A DNA stretch of 64,000 nucleotides from Chrysomallon squamiferum (GCA_012295275.1 CM022669.1:6076001-6140000); one strand, 5' to 3'. Positions 1-16,177 are shown, numbered from the stretch's first letter. Notes: generated by a model from the letters alone, not told the origin. Numbers and translations: made by a program.

Positions 1-19
1 ACACACATACATACATACA

Positions 20-78
<59 letters not shown>

Positions 79-1591
79 ACACACACATATATATACTACA
101 TATGTCTTGTTAACATACATATATAATACGTACACATTCACACACACACACACACAGATGACAGACAGAGTTATACACATGCAGAGAAGCTACCAACGAA
201 GACATTTTATCGGTTAATTGCACTAGATTCCCTCTGTCCAGTATAATACTAATCTCATTCTGCTAGTTCCTCTTCTCTTCTCTTTGCCAGCACCAGCCTC
301 TCTTCTGGGCCAACAAAACAATCAGGTCACCTCCTAATTTGTTTGAAGAAGCCATCAATGTGCCTCGATCATTGTCTACTGTCGCCAAATCTAATTCACA
401 TTTAGAAAGAGATAACAGAACAATCGTACCCTGCTGGGAAGTAAAATGAAGAGCCCTGGGGGTCGAGTTTCTGGGGGAGGGAAAGGACTGAAGTGTGGTA
501 CTGTATTAATTAGATAAATACGAGCTCTGTTCCCGGCTGTAAAACTAATCTTGTTACGTGTTCAGACAAAGTCAGTTTACTGCTGAATACTTTTACTAGT
601 AACGTTTGATAAAATGAATAAAAAAAAACAGGTGGTCTAGTGGTATTATCTAGTAGGTTGAGCACCGAAAAGAAAAGATGGTTGGTCTGCGTTTTTATCC
701 AGAGGAGAACAGTAGCGTTATAATATGGAAACAAATATGTTCTTTTCTAGACAGTACAGTACAAGAAAACGGTAGGACAAAGTTCTGTGTAGAAAGTTCT
801 GTAACAATAAGAAAATGATAAAAAACTGTTCATGTCGTCATAATTCAATAATAATAAATGAAGAAGAAGAAGAAGAAGAAGAAGAAGAAGAAGAAAACAG
901 AACAGTATTCTTGCCAAGAGACTTCAATAATAACAACAATAATAAGAAAATCATAGAACAGTGTTTTTCGTCTAGAAAGTTCAGTAACAAGAAGAAAAGA
1001 TGACATAACAATGTTTCCAGACTTTTCTTTCTTTCTTTCTTTCTTTGTTTTCAAATTATTTAAATTTCTTTTTAAATTGTTTACGTACGAACGCGATTTC
1101 TAATAATATACGAAACTATTTATCACAGCCCTGCATTATACGTCACATCCGCAGAAACCGTAAATAATAGCCTGACTTCACAACATGCTGGCTACTAAGT
1201 TCAAGAAACATGCACAAACAAAATAATAACAAACTGCACCAGACAACTACAAGATGAAGAATATGGAAAAGGTTCTGCTAACGAGGTTTTGCGGTTTGCG
1301 TAATTACTGGTTTGTTTAGAACTGCCGCACATGTAAATATCCCGTGCATGTTTCCACGTTTTAATTGGTCACCATTTGTTTAACTGTTGCTTGTTTCAAT
1401 CCGGCAGATATGTCGTCCGTCTTGTTGACGAGACAACACTACAATCTCACGACATGTTCTGTGTCTTCATGATGGCTTCAGATACTGGTAAACAATTTTG
1501 TTGTTCTGCGGAGACGCACGGTATGCTTCGTGATTAGCGTGTTTTAAATGTATTTACAAGTTACGTTTAAAATTGTAACTGTGCATATCAT

Positions 1592-2021
1592 CAGTGCCGG
1601 ATTTACTGTGCTAGTCGCTCATAGGCTATAGAAAAATTTACCGTCCCCTCTTCAAAGCCCACTTCACCCTTCCCACTTTGTTTATTATGTAATATGAAAT
1701 ATATGATTATTATTTTTTTTTTGTTAACTTATGGAAAAGCGCAAAAATTCTTACCGAAATAGCTCACACCTCAAAAAAAAAGTAATTTTTTTGCAAATTT
1801 TCTGTCCAATAGGTATTTATTTTTAGTCATAATAATTTAATTGAATTAGGTCAAAAGAGCCAAAATTTTAACAAAGCGCACAATTCGATAATTTAGTCTA
1901 CTAAAAAAGCGCCCAGTTGTGCGCGAAAGGCGCATAGTTGGCAACACTGGCCAGTAACAATTTTCACAAACTGCCGCCCTAGGCTCTAGCCTAGAAAGCC
2001 TACATGGGAAATCAGGTCGTG
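1592..2021. mobile_element. Decayed non-autonomous hAT-like DNA transposon (MITE-size), with an internal second TIR-like end
   Basis: Left end CAGTGCCGGATTTA vs reverse-complemented right end CACGACCTGATTTC (9/14 match). Flanking 8-mers CATATCAT / CATAACGT (6/8) fit an 8-bp TSD. Subterminal TAGGCT motifs occur at both ends. Internal minus-strand CAGTGTTGCCAACT at 1936-1949. Confidence 0.55.
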
Positions 2022-2024
2022 CAT

Positions 2025-2073
<49 letters not shown>

Positions 2074-2787
2074 GAGACTGTGTGTGTGTTTTCGTATAAT
2101 TGTCTCAAAACTGTTACTGTTAAATTTTATCTTTTCAAAGCTTTATAGACTTTCAGCGACCTAAAATGTTTCTCATAATAAAATTTCGAAAATTCGGTTG
2201 AAATGGACTTTCGGTTGTAGAAACAGATTACTACCCAACATTCACGATACTTCCACTTCGCTACGTTAAAAGTACTTCAAGCTGAGCTGATAGTGCGGTA
2301 ATTGGAAACCACGACAACACGTTTAACGGGATCAAATCAACCAGTACTCGTGTTTATTGGCGAAATATTAAAGTCGCTTCAGCGGCTAAAATTCTCGCTT
2401 GTACGTTTTCCGTGAATTAAACGGTATCATCGTGTCATAATACGTAATTTGAAAAAGGCCAGCAGCGTTTTGCGACGGTATCGGAATTATCGGAGAACTC
2501 CGCTTTAACAGTGCTGGTGTTTTTTAAACGATGAATAGCTGAAAAGAAATGGCTGATCAAATTTCTCAACAGAACGTTATTTAGACGGTCTCGCAACAGC
2601 AGTTGACAAACGTGATGCATGGTTTAATGCAATAAATCAAAGAACTGCAACATGTTGAGTGCGTGTTTATTATGTTTATTTAATTTATCGCTAGGTTTCT
2701 TCATCACTGTCAGCAAATAAACAAAATTGAACTGTACTGTTTTGTTAGGATGTTACATCTGTACGTTTTCTTGTTCTTGTCATTGCC

Positions 2788-2815
2788 ATTATTTATTTAT
2801 TTATTTAATTTATTT

Positions 2816-2876
<61 letters not shown>

Positions 2877-2879
2877 TTT
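2788..2879. repeat. (TTAT)n tetranucleotide repeat
   Basis: Seen directly. Related tracts lie at ~12027-12205, 16160-16222 and 56445-56665. Confidence 0.95.
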
Positions 2880-3009
2880 GTACATTCATTCATTCATTTG
2901 TCTGCGTACGTAACCTGGATTTCCTATTTTAAAAACTTAAAATACAGAATATATAGGATTTTAAAAATTATTTGATATTGATTCATATAATATATCCAGA
3001 AAATTAGTG

Positions 3010-3120
<111 letters not shown>

Positions 3121-4255
3121 CAAAATCCAGTAAAGACACAGAGAGAAAGAGATATGAATAATCAGAGACACCTGCAAACAAATGTGACATAGGTAGAGGA
3201 TAGACATTTTTTTTTTCATCTGAGATTATTTTGGCTCATGCAGATAATGAGTTAGGAAACTGGTTGCCAAGAGAGACACATAGAAACAGAATTGATGATA
3301 AAGAGAGATAATGAGAGACAGATACAAGAATGTGTGTGTTTCTAACATCGCTAGTTCAAGGATAACATCTCCGATCGCGGACAATTATAAAGTTTGGTTT
3401 CTTTTTTCTTTTTTTTTTTTTTTTTCCTCTCACCTGTTTCTCTTACTTTCATCAAACTTTTTTTCTAGGCATCACTAGTGTTCAGTTTTAAATATTTCGC
3501 ACTTGACTAATCGTAATGAAGCAATATTTTACAGTAAATTTAAAATTTTCAGATAAAACCCCAACAAAAAAAACACTAAGTAATTGTGCTGACAGACAGA
3601 ATCCATTTTGTAATCTGTGGTCCAGCGACTCAGTAAGATCTCTCGGTCATTTCAGCATCTTCGGAATAAAAAAAAAGGCGCCATTTACGTCTACATCATT
3701 GACAACCTTGAGCTCAAAATATGCATCCTTTCGTTATCGCGTGAACAGTTTATCTAGCGGATCACGTGATACGTCATTTATTCAGTTCGTCAGTCCTCGG
3801 GCTTGTTCGTAAGATTCTTGATAACGACAAATCCCGAGGGTTTTTGAAATACTTCGACGGATATTATTGATAATTTCTAAACGTGTATACTGTGGTATCC
3901 TCATTAATGCAGACGGCCCGGGAGCTGTTCTTGGCGTGAGTGATTATTTTTGAAAAACGTCTTCATTGACAGATTTGTACTGATTTTTACAAGCTGCTGC
4001 CTGTTCCACTGGTCTGGGAGCAAGTCAGGAATGTGAAACATTTTTTTTGAAGTTTGTTTTTGTTATCGTATTTTATCAGTTAATACGCTGATAAGGCGAA
4101 ACGGTGAATGTTCACCACATTTCTGAACTAGTTATTTCCTTTTTTTTTTTTTTTTTTTTCTTTTACTTTTGTAACAGTCAGGTTGGTGTTATTATTTTCG
4201 TTTATAATTTTAGATTTACTGCAACTTCTGTTACTACTACTACTACTACTACTGT

Positions 4256-4298
<43 letters not shown>

Positions 4299-5159
4299 GT
4301 TACTACTACTGTTACTATTACTCCTACTACTACTACTACTGTTACTATTACTATTATTACTATTACCACTACAACTACTACAACTATTGCGACAACGACT
4401 ACTACTTCAACTATAATTAATAATACTTGAACAACAACTATCTTTTAAAACCATTAGTTCTAGAACCATACAGTTCTAGAATTAAACAATAGTCAAAATA
4501 CCAGTCAGATACAAAACTCTTTTCGTTCTTCACGTTTTGAGTCAAAGTCTGTGAACATCAACATTTATTTAGAACTTAACTGAATACGGTTTTTATGAGA
4601 AACACGTAGAAGCTCTTTTCATACGATCTGGACTTTACGCACGTACAACTATGAGTCCAATTAATCTTTGACGTTGACGTTGACGCTGAAGATGACACCA
4701 AGGTGTACTGCTGTGACATGGTGTTATCATGTAGCGTTATGGTTTAATGAAACTGATCTCATTTAGCTAATTAATTTTCAGACAATTAGCAAGTGTTTCA
4801 AAAAAAAAAAAAAGAGAGAAAAAAAGAACAACAACAGAAACCCATATCATATATCATTAACTCAATCATATAAAAAAAAATATCAGTAATTTATTTCTCT
4901 ATTTAACGAACTTTATATTTATTGATATATAATTTAAAACGAATCTAGAAGTATTTTGTTTTTCTTTTTTGTTTTATTTCAGAATTGAGAAAAATTTCTC
5001 ATGACGTTATAAAATGTTACTTGACATGGAGATTATTGTTACTGTCCAAATTTCAGATTAATATCTCTAATAGTTTTTACATAACAAATTTCGGAACTCG
5101 AAGATTTTCGAGAAAAGAGGTTCAGCCCGATTTTTGGTGTGTTTTCTTTTTTTGTTTTG

Positions 5160-5324
<165 letters not shown>

Positions 5325-5937
5325 CATATAAATATAAAAAAAATAAAAAGGAAGGAATATATTTTGTTATTAATAGTTTTTTCGTACATCTTATTCATAT
5401 GTTCGTACATAAATACATACATACATACATATATACACATACACACACAGACATACACATTCGTGCAAAGAACATCACGCAAACAATGAACACAACACAA
5501 ATCAAATTACAACAAGAAAAACGAAAAAAGCTGCAGACTTTATTTTATACTTCAAACCACTTACAAATCAATCATCTAACCATCATCTGATCCGTCTCTG
5601 TTTTGTCTGCTTTGTTTATAACACTGACCTTGTTTTGTTTCAATAACTAATTAATGAACGTCCTTAATCACTGAATTGGCTTCTGATATTATTCAAAGAT
5701 AATTCTACACCGTTTCTGCCAAGCTGCTATAACTATACGTTTTCCGATGAGTTAAAGAAATAAAATATTGCATGATTTATTAGTCAGAAATCTTTTGTCA
5801 GTATCTGATAATGATGATATATAAACCAGCGCAAATGTTGTTTTTGTAAATTTTTATTTTTTTTTTTTTTTTTTTTTTTGACCTTCACTGATGTTCTTTT
5901 CAAAATGACTTCTTGTTTACAAAGGTCTTAAGTATAT

Positions 5938-6210
5938 TATGTATATATGTATGTATATATGTATGTATGTATGTATGTATGTGTGTTTGTTTGTATGTAT
6001 GGATAGATGTATTATGTATGTATGTATGTATGTATGTATGTTTGTTTGTTATGTATGTATGTATGCCTGTGTATATGTATTCCTGATTGTCTGTATGTAC
6101 GTGTGTATGTGTGTTTGTCTGTATGTCTGTATGTATTTATGTATGTATGTATATATATATGTCGTATGTATTTATGTATGTATGTATGTATGTATATCTG
6201 TGTGTATATG
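5938..6210. repeat. Degenerate (TATG)n repeat
   Basis: Seen directly. Related (TATG/CATA)n blocks lie at ~34220-34300, 48350-48760, 57295-57545 and 58540-58830. Confidence 0.9.
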
Positions 6211-6455
6211 TGAGTTATGGGTATTCTCTAATGAAACAGTTTTATACTTAACAATCAATTTCTGTATGCAGCTTATAGATTTTTAGAAATAATTAACCCA
6301 CTTGCGTTGTGCTTTTGAATGGTATTTCACAGACAAACTTCCTTATACATTCTTCATTACATCGGAGAACACAAAATATATAGATTATAAATTGTCTGTA
6401 TTTAATAAACGTAAATCGATGGAAGAGACATCAAGATCAAAGAAACATAGATCAA

Positions 6456-6520
<65 letters not shown>

Positions 6521-6869
6521 AAGGATATTGACAGTGAAGTAAAATCAACAGCTGAATGTGAACTGCATTTGTATGATATGACACTGTACTAAAAAAGGTA
6601 CGTTAAGTTCCCCACTTGGTGAGACAGTAACACACGTGTTTTGTCGTCAAGAGTTTTTCGTCGTGCATTAAATAACTGAAATAAAATAATTATTGATAGA
6701 GGTGTTGTATATCTGCTATCTAAATACGATCGTAGTAATAAATTACAGTGATACAGTTTTTATAAGACAGACAGACAGACAGAATTTGGATGATGAAATA
6801 ACAGGGTCGAAACCCACTGCTTTCATTTAAAGGACTATTGATATTAATAAATAGCGAAACCGATCTGCT

Positions 6870-6977
6870 TATTATTATGATGATGACGATGATTATTGTT
6901 GTTGTTGTTGTTGTTATTATTATTATTATTATTGTTGTTGTTGTTGTTGTTATTGTTGTTGTTGCTGCTGCTGCTGC

Positions 6978-7023
<46 letters not shown>

Positions 7024-7048
7024 GTTATTATTATTATTATTATTATTA
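6870..7048. repeat. Compound trinucleotide repeat (ATT/ATG/GTT/GCT)
   Basis: Seen directly. Similar compound tracts lie at ~4232-4410, 8297-8450, 18960-19054, 21050-21210, 21720-21880, 40050-40210, 59910-60005 and 61735-61880. Confidence 0.95.
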
Positions 7049-7161
7049 ATACTATATCACAATTATTTCCCGTTCATTCTACTGTCCCATACCAGGTTTA
7101 CCGAAAATCAGGTTATTATTTCCTGACACTGGGTAGATTTATGGTGATTTACATTTTGCTG

Positions 7162-7167
7162 TTTATT
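7162..7167 (-). promoter_or_regulatory. Candidate poly(A) signal AATAAA of lectin A
   Basis: First minus-strand AATAAA seen after the stop codon, ~165 nt downstream and before the triplet-repeat block. Confidence 0.45.
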
Positions 7168-7332
7168 GACAAGAAATGAAAACAGCGGATCTGGACTCTG
7201 ACTTTTCACATACAAATTCTGACTATCTGTTAGTCCGTCCATCCTTCCCATTAAAGCTGCATCACTGTACTTTATCACTGTCTTCTTTAGTAGATTATGG
7301 GTACACGCGAATATCTGTCCTTACGCATTATA

Positions 7333-9721
<2,389 letters not shown>

Positions 9722-11246
9722 TTTCAGCTTAATAAAGATTTTTAAATGAAAAACGCTGATGAAGTCCTGTCCCTTTATCTATCTCTCTCTCTTTCTCTTT
9801 CTCTTTCAAAACCAACACTTATGACCAAAATGCTGTCTAGGATGATTTAATTTAATCAAATGTTCCTATTTTTTCTGGTGTAATTTTTGAGGAATAGTTT
9901 TAAATGAGAAAAATGAATAAATCATAAGAACATTGTTTTGGCTAAATTGATTTCGTATTATACGATCGTATTATTGTTCGTGCAACTCATGCTTCCATAA
10001 CGACCGTGTGTTGTCTATGACAGAAAGCAAACCTCTTGGAAAACTGTTTCGCCAATATCAAGTTTCTTTTTGTAAATATCCTCGCTGATTATTTGTTTTT
10101 GTAATATTCTTTTTTGAAAGTAGATAAAAAGAATATAAATGAATAAATTAATAAGTAAAGTGGCTCTGTAGTCTGTGTAGTGTGACGCATCAACGCAGAA
10201 TGATGAATACTGTTTCATTTAAACGTCACAATGCAACGTAAGAACGTTATCAGTGAAAGGACGTTAGCTGTGACATAAATGACGTCATATCGTTGATGGC
10301 GATTTCTGTCAATATTGGGCGATAAATATCGTGTTCTAGATCATCGATATTTATAACAACGATACAGTTTCACAAATTGATATCGTAAAATGGAGACAAC
10401 ATATTGTAGAATGTGTTTTGGGGTTGTTTTTTTTTGGTTTGTTTTGTTTTGTTTTTAGAAAAACCTTAAAAAAAAACCTATTAATAATATTAACATATAA
10501 AAATTAAAGACCGAATGAATAAATGGGTGGATGAGTGGATGGAAGCATTGGTGAATGGTTCGATGGATGTGAAGAGAATCATTATGAAGAATAAAGGATT
10601 GGTTAAAAATAAAATATGGATTACGATGATGATGATAATGATGATGATAATATTTAAACGAATATATAAAAGTATCAATAACACCTTTGTTTTTATATTT
10701 TAATTTAATTTTAATATTTTTTTTTTTTTTTTTTTTTTTTTACTATGTTTTATCTACTTTGTGTAAGAATGTATATATGTATATGTAATGCATGTATTAT
10801 AAAGAACATATCTATATATGTGTGTGTATGTGTATATATATATATATATATATATGAATGTGTTCTTTATTACTGGTAGTTTTCCGTAGGAGAAAGCATT
10901 TCTTCATTGTTTTATTACATCTTATTCGTACAATCGTAACAAAAAAACAAAACAAAATCCGCTACTTACAGTTAATAGACTAAATTTCACAAAATATTGT
11001 TTATATTGATTCTTACCATTTGCTTCTTTTATTCAGATTGACTTTTATTCCTTCTTTTTTCTTTTCTTTTTCTATTTTTTTTTTTTTTTTTTTAATTATT
11101 ATTATTATATATAATAAATTATTACTATTGTTGTTGTTTTTTGGGGGGGTTGGCAAATTTATTTCTTTGTCAAATGGTTGCAAAATACTTCACAGAGCAT
11201 TTCAGACAACAACATCAACAACAACAACAGTAACAATAACAATAAC

Positions 11247-11281
<35 letters not shown>

Positions 11282-11829
11282 TAATAATAATAATAGTATA
11301 AACAGAAATAATCACAACAACAAGAAAGATAAAACAAAATAATAATTCTTATTAATAATTTAATATTTTAATTTACTCAATGCGTTGTATTCATTGTTGT
11401 TGTTGTTGTCGTCGTCGTCGTGATTGTTGCAACACTCGTTTTAAAAGTAATATCTTTTTTGTTTCTGTAACTTACCTTTCATGTTGTAAGTATTTTGCAT
11501 TTGTTGTCGTTCTTTCTTTTTTTATTCTTTTTTTTTTATTTTGCTTCAAACAAATAAGTTTGATTAAAATTTTTGCTTTTCCGAACCTGAACTGTCCCTA
11601 TTTTTTCTATAGGAAGGATTCCATCTATTTCCTTTCAACTACTTTTAATCTACTCACTAATTAACTATCTTTTTAATACAAACAATTTTTATTGATGTTA
11701 ACAATTTTTATTCTTAAATCACTCACCTATTGATTACATAAACACTGCTGTAACATAAACACTAGACATGACTTTGGTTCCCTGTCACAGGTTTTAATAA
11801 ATATAAAATTATATTAGCATCTACAGTAC

Positions 11830-11893
<64 letters not shown>

Positions 11894-12098
11894 TATTTTA
11901 GAGTCATCAAATTTTTTTTTAAACTATTAGATTATTTAAGTAAATAAACAAACAAAATTAGCAAACAAATGATGACAAGAATCAAAATTAACAAAGTCCA
12001 TAAAAAGGTCAAAATTTTATACTATCAAATAAATGAATAAATAAATAAATAAATAAATAAAAAAAAAGAAATAAATAAATAAATGAAATGAAATGAAA

Positions 12099-12141
<43 letters not shown>

Positions 12142-12143
12142 AA

Positions 12144-12174
<31 letters not shown>

Positions 12175-12220
12175 AAAAAAAAAAAATAAAATGAAATAAA
12201 TAAATAAGATAAGAGCGATA

Positions 12221-12435
12221 TTAGAGAACTTTTTCGCAGATGAATTCCCTAGGAGTTGTGCAGGACGACTGAAACCAGAGCCTGGTCGAGGGATACAAGT
12301 ACACACATGTCTGCCCTTCAGAGTCATCTGAAGAGTTTTCCGACCAGTTCACGTAGTCTGCTTTTTTCCCGTTCACCCAGACGAAGACGTCATCACTGTC
12401 TGAATGCGTCAACCCGACATACACCTCTTTAGCCT
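12221..12435 (-). CDS. Lectin B exon 4 (C-terminal half of CTLD, stop)
   Basis: Acceptor ctttaacag|AG. Contains VYVGLT, FVWVNG, three conserved Cys, ends CEKVL then TAA at 12223-12221. Confidence 0.9.
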
Positions 12436-15040
12436 CTGTTAAAGTGATAATCATTTTATTTGTTAAAATACACTAACCAAACACATATATACACACACAC
12501 ATTACACATACATAAATAAATAAGGTTGTCTTGATGGCTGAACGGTAACGTCGTTCGCCAAAGGAGTGTGGGCGAATGGGTGCCATTCGTTCGAGTCTCG
12601 TCAGCGGCATTTGACGGGTTTGTGAGGTCGTGATTGGACTTTGTCCTCCTGCGCCAGTGCGTTCCTGAATATTGTCTATGTGCAGAGTCTATTCAGACAT
12701 ACATAAGACAGAGAACGTTCAAAATCTAAACTACATACTAACATACATACATACATTCATACATACACACATACATACACACATACATACACACATACAT
12801 ACACACAGTACGTACGTCCATACAAACATACGAATATTTCTATGCGCAGAGTCTAATCAGACGTACTTAAAAGCAACGTAATTTTCATTCCTTTATGCGT
12901 ACATACACACATTTATGCATGCATTTATACACAGCAACACAAAACTGACACAAACATGTGTCAATACACACCTGTGTCGGCAACTATGTCACTGACAAGT
13001 GTGTTTTTGAACTCCGTGTCAAGCACTATGAGTCTGGCTCCTGACTTTTCACAAATGTCTCGAGCTGTGAACCAGTCCTGTTTGTGGTAGTCGATTCTGA
13101 AACACACCCGCTGGTCTTCTTTGTACACGTATCCCTCGTTTACGGGACAACCTAGACGAGTTAATGAAATTTAAAAAATAGAAAAAATCTATTATTAAGT
13201 TACCCATTTATAAAAAAAAAAAAAAAAACTAAAAAAAAAACAAGGAACTATTTAAAATCTATTTTATGATATTTTAGTGTCGCAAGATATTTGTCAATAT
13301 AAAACTTTTATTTTTTTTTTTTTTTTTTTTTTTTTGCTTTTATAAAAATCGTATTGTTATTTCTGTTTATGTCATGTAGGAATCTTAATACACATTAAAA
13401 TGTGCGTCATTTTCGATCTGTAATCTGTATAATCATGTTAATTTTAAAATATAAATTGTTTAATGCATATGAAAATATATATCATGTTCATTTTAATATG
13501 TACGACAATGTATATCATGTTAGTTTCTTAATATGTATGAAACATTATCATAACCTGGCTGTGACAATATATTATGGTATGATGTTGTAATCGCTGTAAC
13601 ACTGATATCACAATATAACTGTGAACAGTATATCATAACACAAAATTTTAATCTTTGAGGATTTCATCATGACGTCTCTATGTTTTAATCAGTTATTCAT
13701 TAAGAAATAAATGTAAATATTACTTGTACTTTCTTGACTGGGCACTGAAGTGACGTAATAATGACGCCATCCCGGTGAAGACTTTTTTTTTACTTCGTTT
13801 GAAAACACCTTGGAGTGAAGGTCACAGATCGACTGATCGAGGTAGGAAAAAGACTTGCATGCAGAATTGTCATAGCATTTTCTCCCACAATCCATCAGCG
13901 TGGTGACGTCAGACAGAGAGACTATGACGTCATCAGTAACTTTCATGTCATTGAATTCCACATTCATTCGAAACTTCACAGTAGTAGTACAACTAGGACA
14001 AATAAAACGAAAGTGGATCAGAAGAAAAGCATTTTAATATTTAATTATTAAAAATTAATATTTTTTTTAAAATTTTATTTTTATGTTTTTTACGACTAAC
14101 TTACGTTATTGCTTGATATTCAAAAATGATACTTCTGTGAGCCGCTAAAATGTTGTTGTTATTTTGTAATTTTAATATGTTATATAGTAAATAAAGGAGT
14201 GAATGTATGTGCGTATGTGTGTGCATTTAGTCTAAGTGTATATTTGAAAGAAGATAACGGAAACAGTGAAAGCCTGAATGAAAAACAAGCAAACAAATAC
14301 AGCAATATGTGATAAAAGGTTTATTTTCGTTTTTTTAAATTAATTATCCATGCATTAATATTTGCTAGGATATGCAGCTGTTACATATAATGAAAATAAA
14401 TTATAGCTTTAAATGCATGCATTTATATAAATAACAATTCAGAGTAATTCATAAAACCTCAGGCAATTTAAAATATATTAGTTTAAAGAAAATAAATTAC
14501 GTCTATTATTAACATGGAAAAATACATGTGCAATCATATAAACTGCATATGTTCGCAAATAACAAAAAATATATATATATATTTACAAACACTGAACATA
14601 CACAATACTTATTAATTACGTCTGTGTGCATTTAATGAAAGCTTTCAATATGCTAAACAAGTCTGCAAAATATTCAATAACGTATAACGTATGCCTGTTT
14701 GTAATACTTTGCAATAATAAAAAAATACGAGTTTTTCCATATAAGGAACATACAATAACATTTTTTTTTTCAATATGTCACACTGAATATATCACAACTG
14801 AAATAAAACAGGATTATTTCTTTTTTCGTATATAAAGTTAACTAAAATTATGTGTTATTTTGCAAATAATGACTACATACAATTCCTCTGAAAGTGCTTG
14901 TTTTTAAACACAAGTCAGTTTAGAGATTTCTTTTTGATTGTCTCATCACATTAGATAACTTATACTTACTTCGTTGCTGTGCTGCAACTTCTCGACGTAA
15001 GCAAAATGAGGCAAATAGTTAAGACTGGTGTATACAGCAT
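12221..15040 (-). CDS. Secreted PAN/Apple domain + C-type lectin-like domain protein (lectin B), 4 coding exons, 244 aa, non-canonical SSD/WFQ motifs
   Basis: Hand-spliced exons 15040-14970, 13992-13724, 13151-12972, 12435-12221 (71+269+180+215=735 nt). GT-AG introns with phases 2,1,1, identical to lectin A. Signal-like MLYTPVLTICLILLTSRSCSTA, PAN core DCGRKCYDNSACKSFSYLDQSICDLH, CTLD CPVNEGY..VC..WFTARDICEKSGARLIVLD..VYVGLT..FVWVNG..YVNW..C..W....C.....FICEK. Confidence 0.92.
12524..12810 (+). mobile_element. tRNA-derived SINE in lectin B intron 3 (antisense to the gene)
   Basis: Pol III A box TGGCTGAACGG (12535-12545), B box GTTCGAGTC (12589-12597), GC-rich body and (CATA/CACA)n tail. Confidence 0.7.
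12972..13151 (-). CDS. Lectin B exon 3 (N-terminal half of CTLD)
   Basis: Absent from the ORF track. Acceptor ctcgtctag|, donor ACAG|gtgtgt. Translates CPVNEGYVYKEDQRVCFRIDYHKQDWFTARDICEKSGARLIVLDTEFKNTLVSDIVADT. Confidence 0.9.
13724..13992 (-). CDS. Lectin B exon 2 (PAN/Apple domain + short Ser/Thr linker)
   Basis: Overlaps ORF 13689-13979. Acceptor ttttatttgtcctag|T, donor ACAA|gtaata. PAN Cys pattern followed by GWRHY. Confidence 0.9.
14970..15040 (-). CDS. Lectin B exon 1 (start codon, signal peptide)
   Basis: ATG at 15040-15038, hydrophobic VLTICLILL, donor AA|GTAAGT at 14969, phase 2. Confidence 0.85.
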
Positions 15041-16177
15041 CTCTAAATAAGAAACCTGACACTAAACAACAACGTCAAAACAGGTCCACGATCAACTTGA
15101 GAACAGGTAAAATATATTTCCTTCACAATGTCTGTGACAATCTTTAATTTTATTTCAGTAAATATTTCTAGAAGACAAAAAAGAAAAAGAAAAAAAAAAA
15201 AAAAAAAAGGTCAATAAAATGGTACTTTAGCTGTTGTTGTTTTTTAAACTAGATCGATTTTATTGACATAACAACAGCCAACATCCATGGTAACTAAAAT
15301 AATATCGTTTAATCGAAATTATATATGACATAACTGTTTAAATGAACTTAATGTTGTCTTACTGGTAAATCGAAATATAGATTGTTGTGTGAATGTAACA
15401 GACAGAAGAGATAAATTAATGAAAGCTTTTGAATTCTTTACCTTTGTTACAATTCAAAAAAAAATAAAATAAAATTACAATAACTTCCTGTTTACATATT
15501 AAATTACATTTTGTTTGAAAAACGTCAGTAAACTGTCTTACCTTTATATTAGTTTTATATTTAAAAAAAAAAAAGATTAAAAGAAAAGACAAAAAAAGAA
15601 CCGTCTTGTCAAGAGATTCAAAAGACATCGACTAAAATAATTAAGCATCGCTTACTGGAAGATAGAACATTTTATACTGAAATGAGATATACTGAGAATT
15701 AATCATTAATTTTAAGTTTAAAAGAAGCGCGGTTTTGCTGTCTTTGACAAGAGTAATGAAATTAAGTAGATGAAAAAAATGTAAAATATTGTTTTCCACT
15801 AATGTGACTTCGAGAGAAAATTATGTTTTTATGAATGTTCTTTGCAAGTACCTAAATGTTTGGTCATTCTTTTTTGTGATTCTTTTTTTTTTTCTGTTTT
15901 ATTTATTTATTTTTTTACTTTTTATTATTATTTTTTTGAATGTTTGCTTTTTATTTATTTATATATTTATTTATTTATTATTATTATTGTTGTTGTTGTT
16001 GTTGTTGTTGTTTTTGTTGTTGTTGTTGTTGTTATCTTAGTAGATAATCTGGGTCTGAAAAGATTACTGACATAGGCAGGAGAAAATACAAAAAAAGTGT
16101 CATATAATGAATAACCAGTTATTATTATGTGAAATAATTAGAACACTTTTGTTTTTTATTTGTTTATTTATTTATTT

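Noticed and set aside
225-500. Moderately GC-rich block as exon or retroelement remnant
   Set aside because: No long ORF, recognisable motif or coherent splice pair was seen.
12524-12610. Possible tRNA gene
   Set aside because: A and B boxes are present, but I could not form a proper cloverleaf and there is no oligo-T terminator right after; the body plus CATA tail indicates a SINE.
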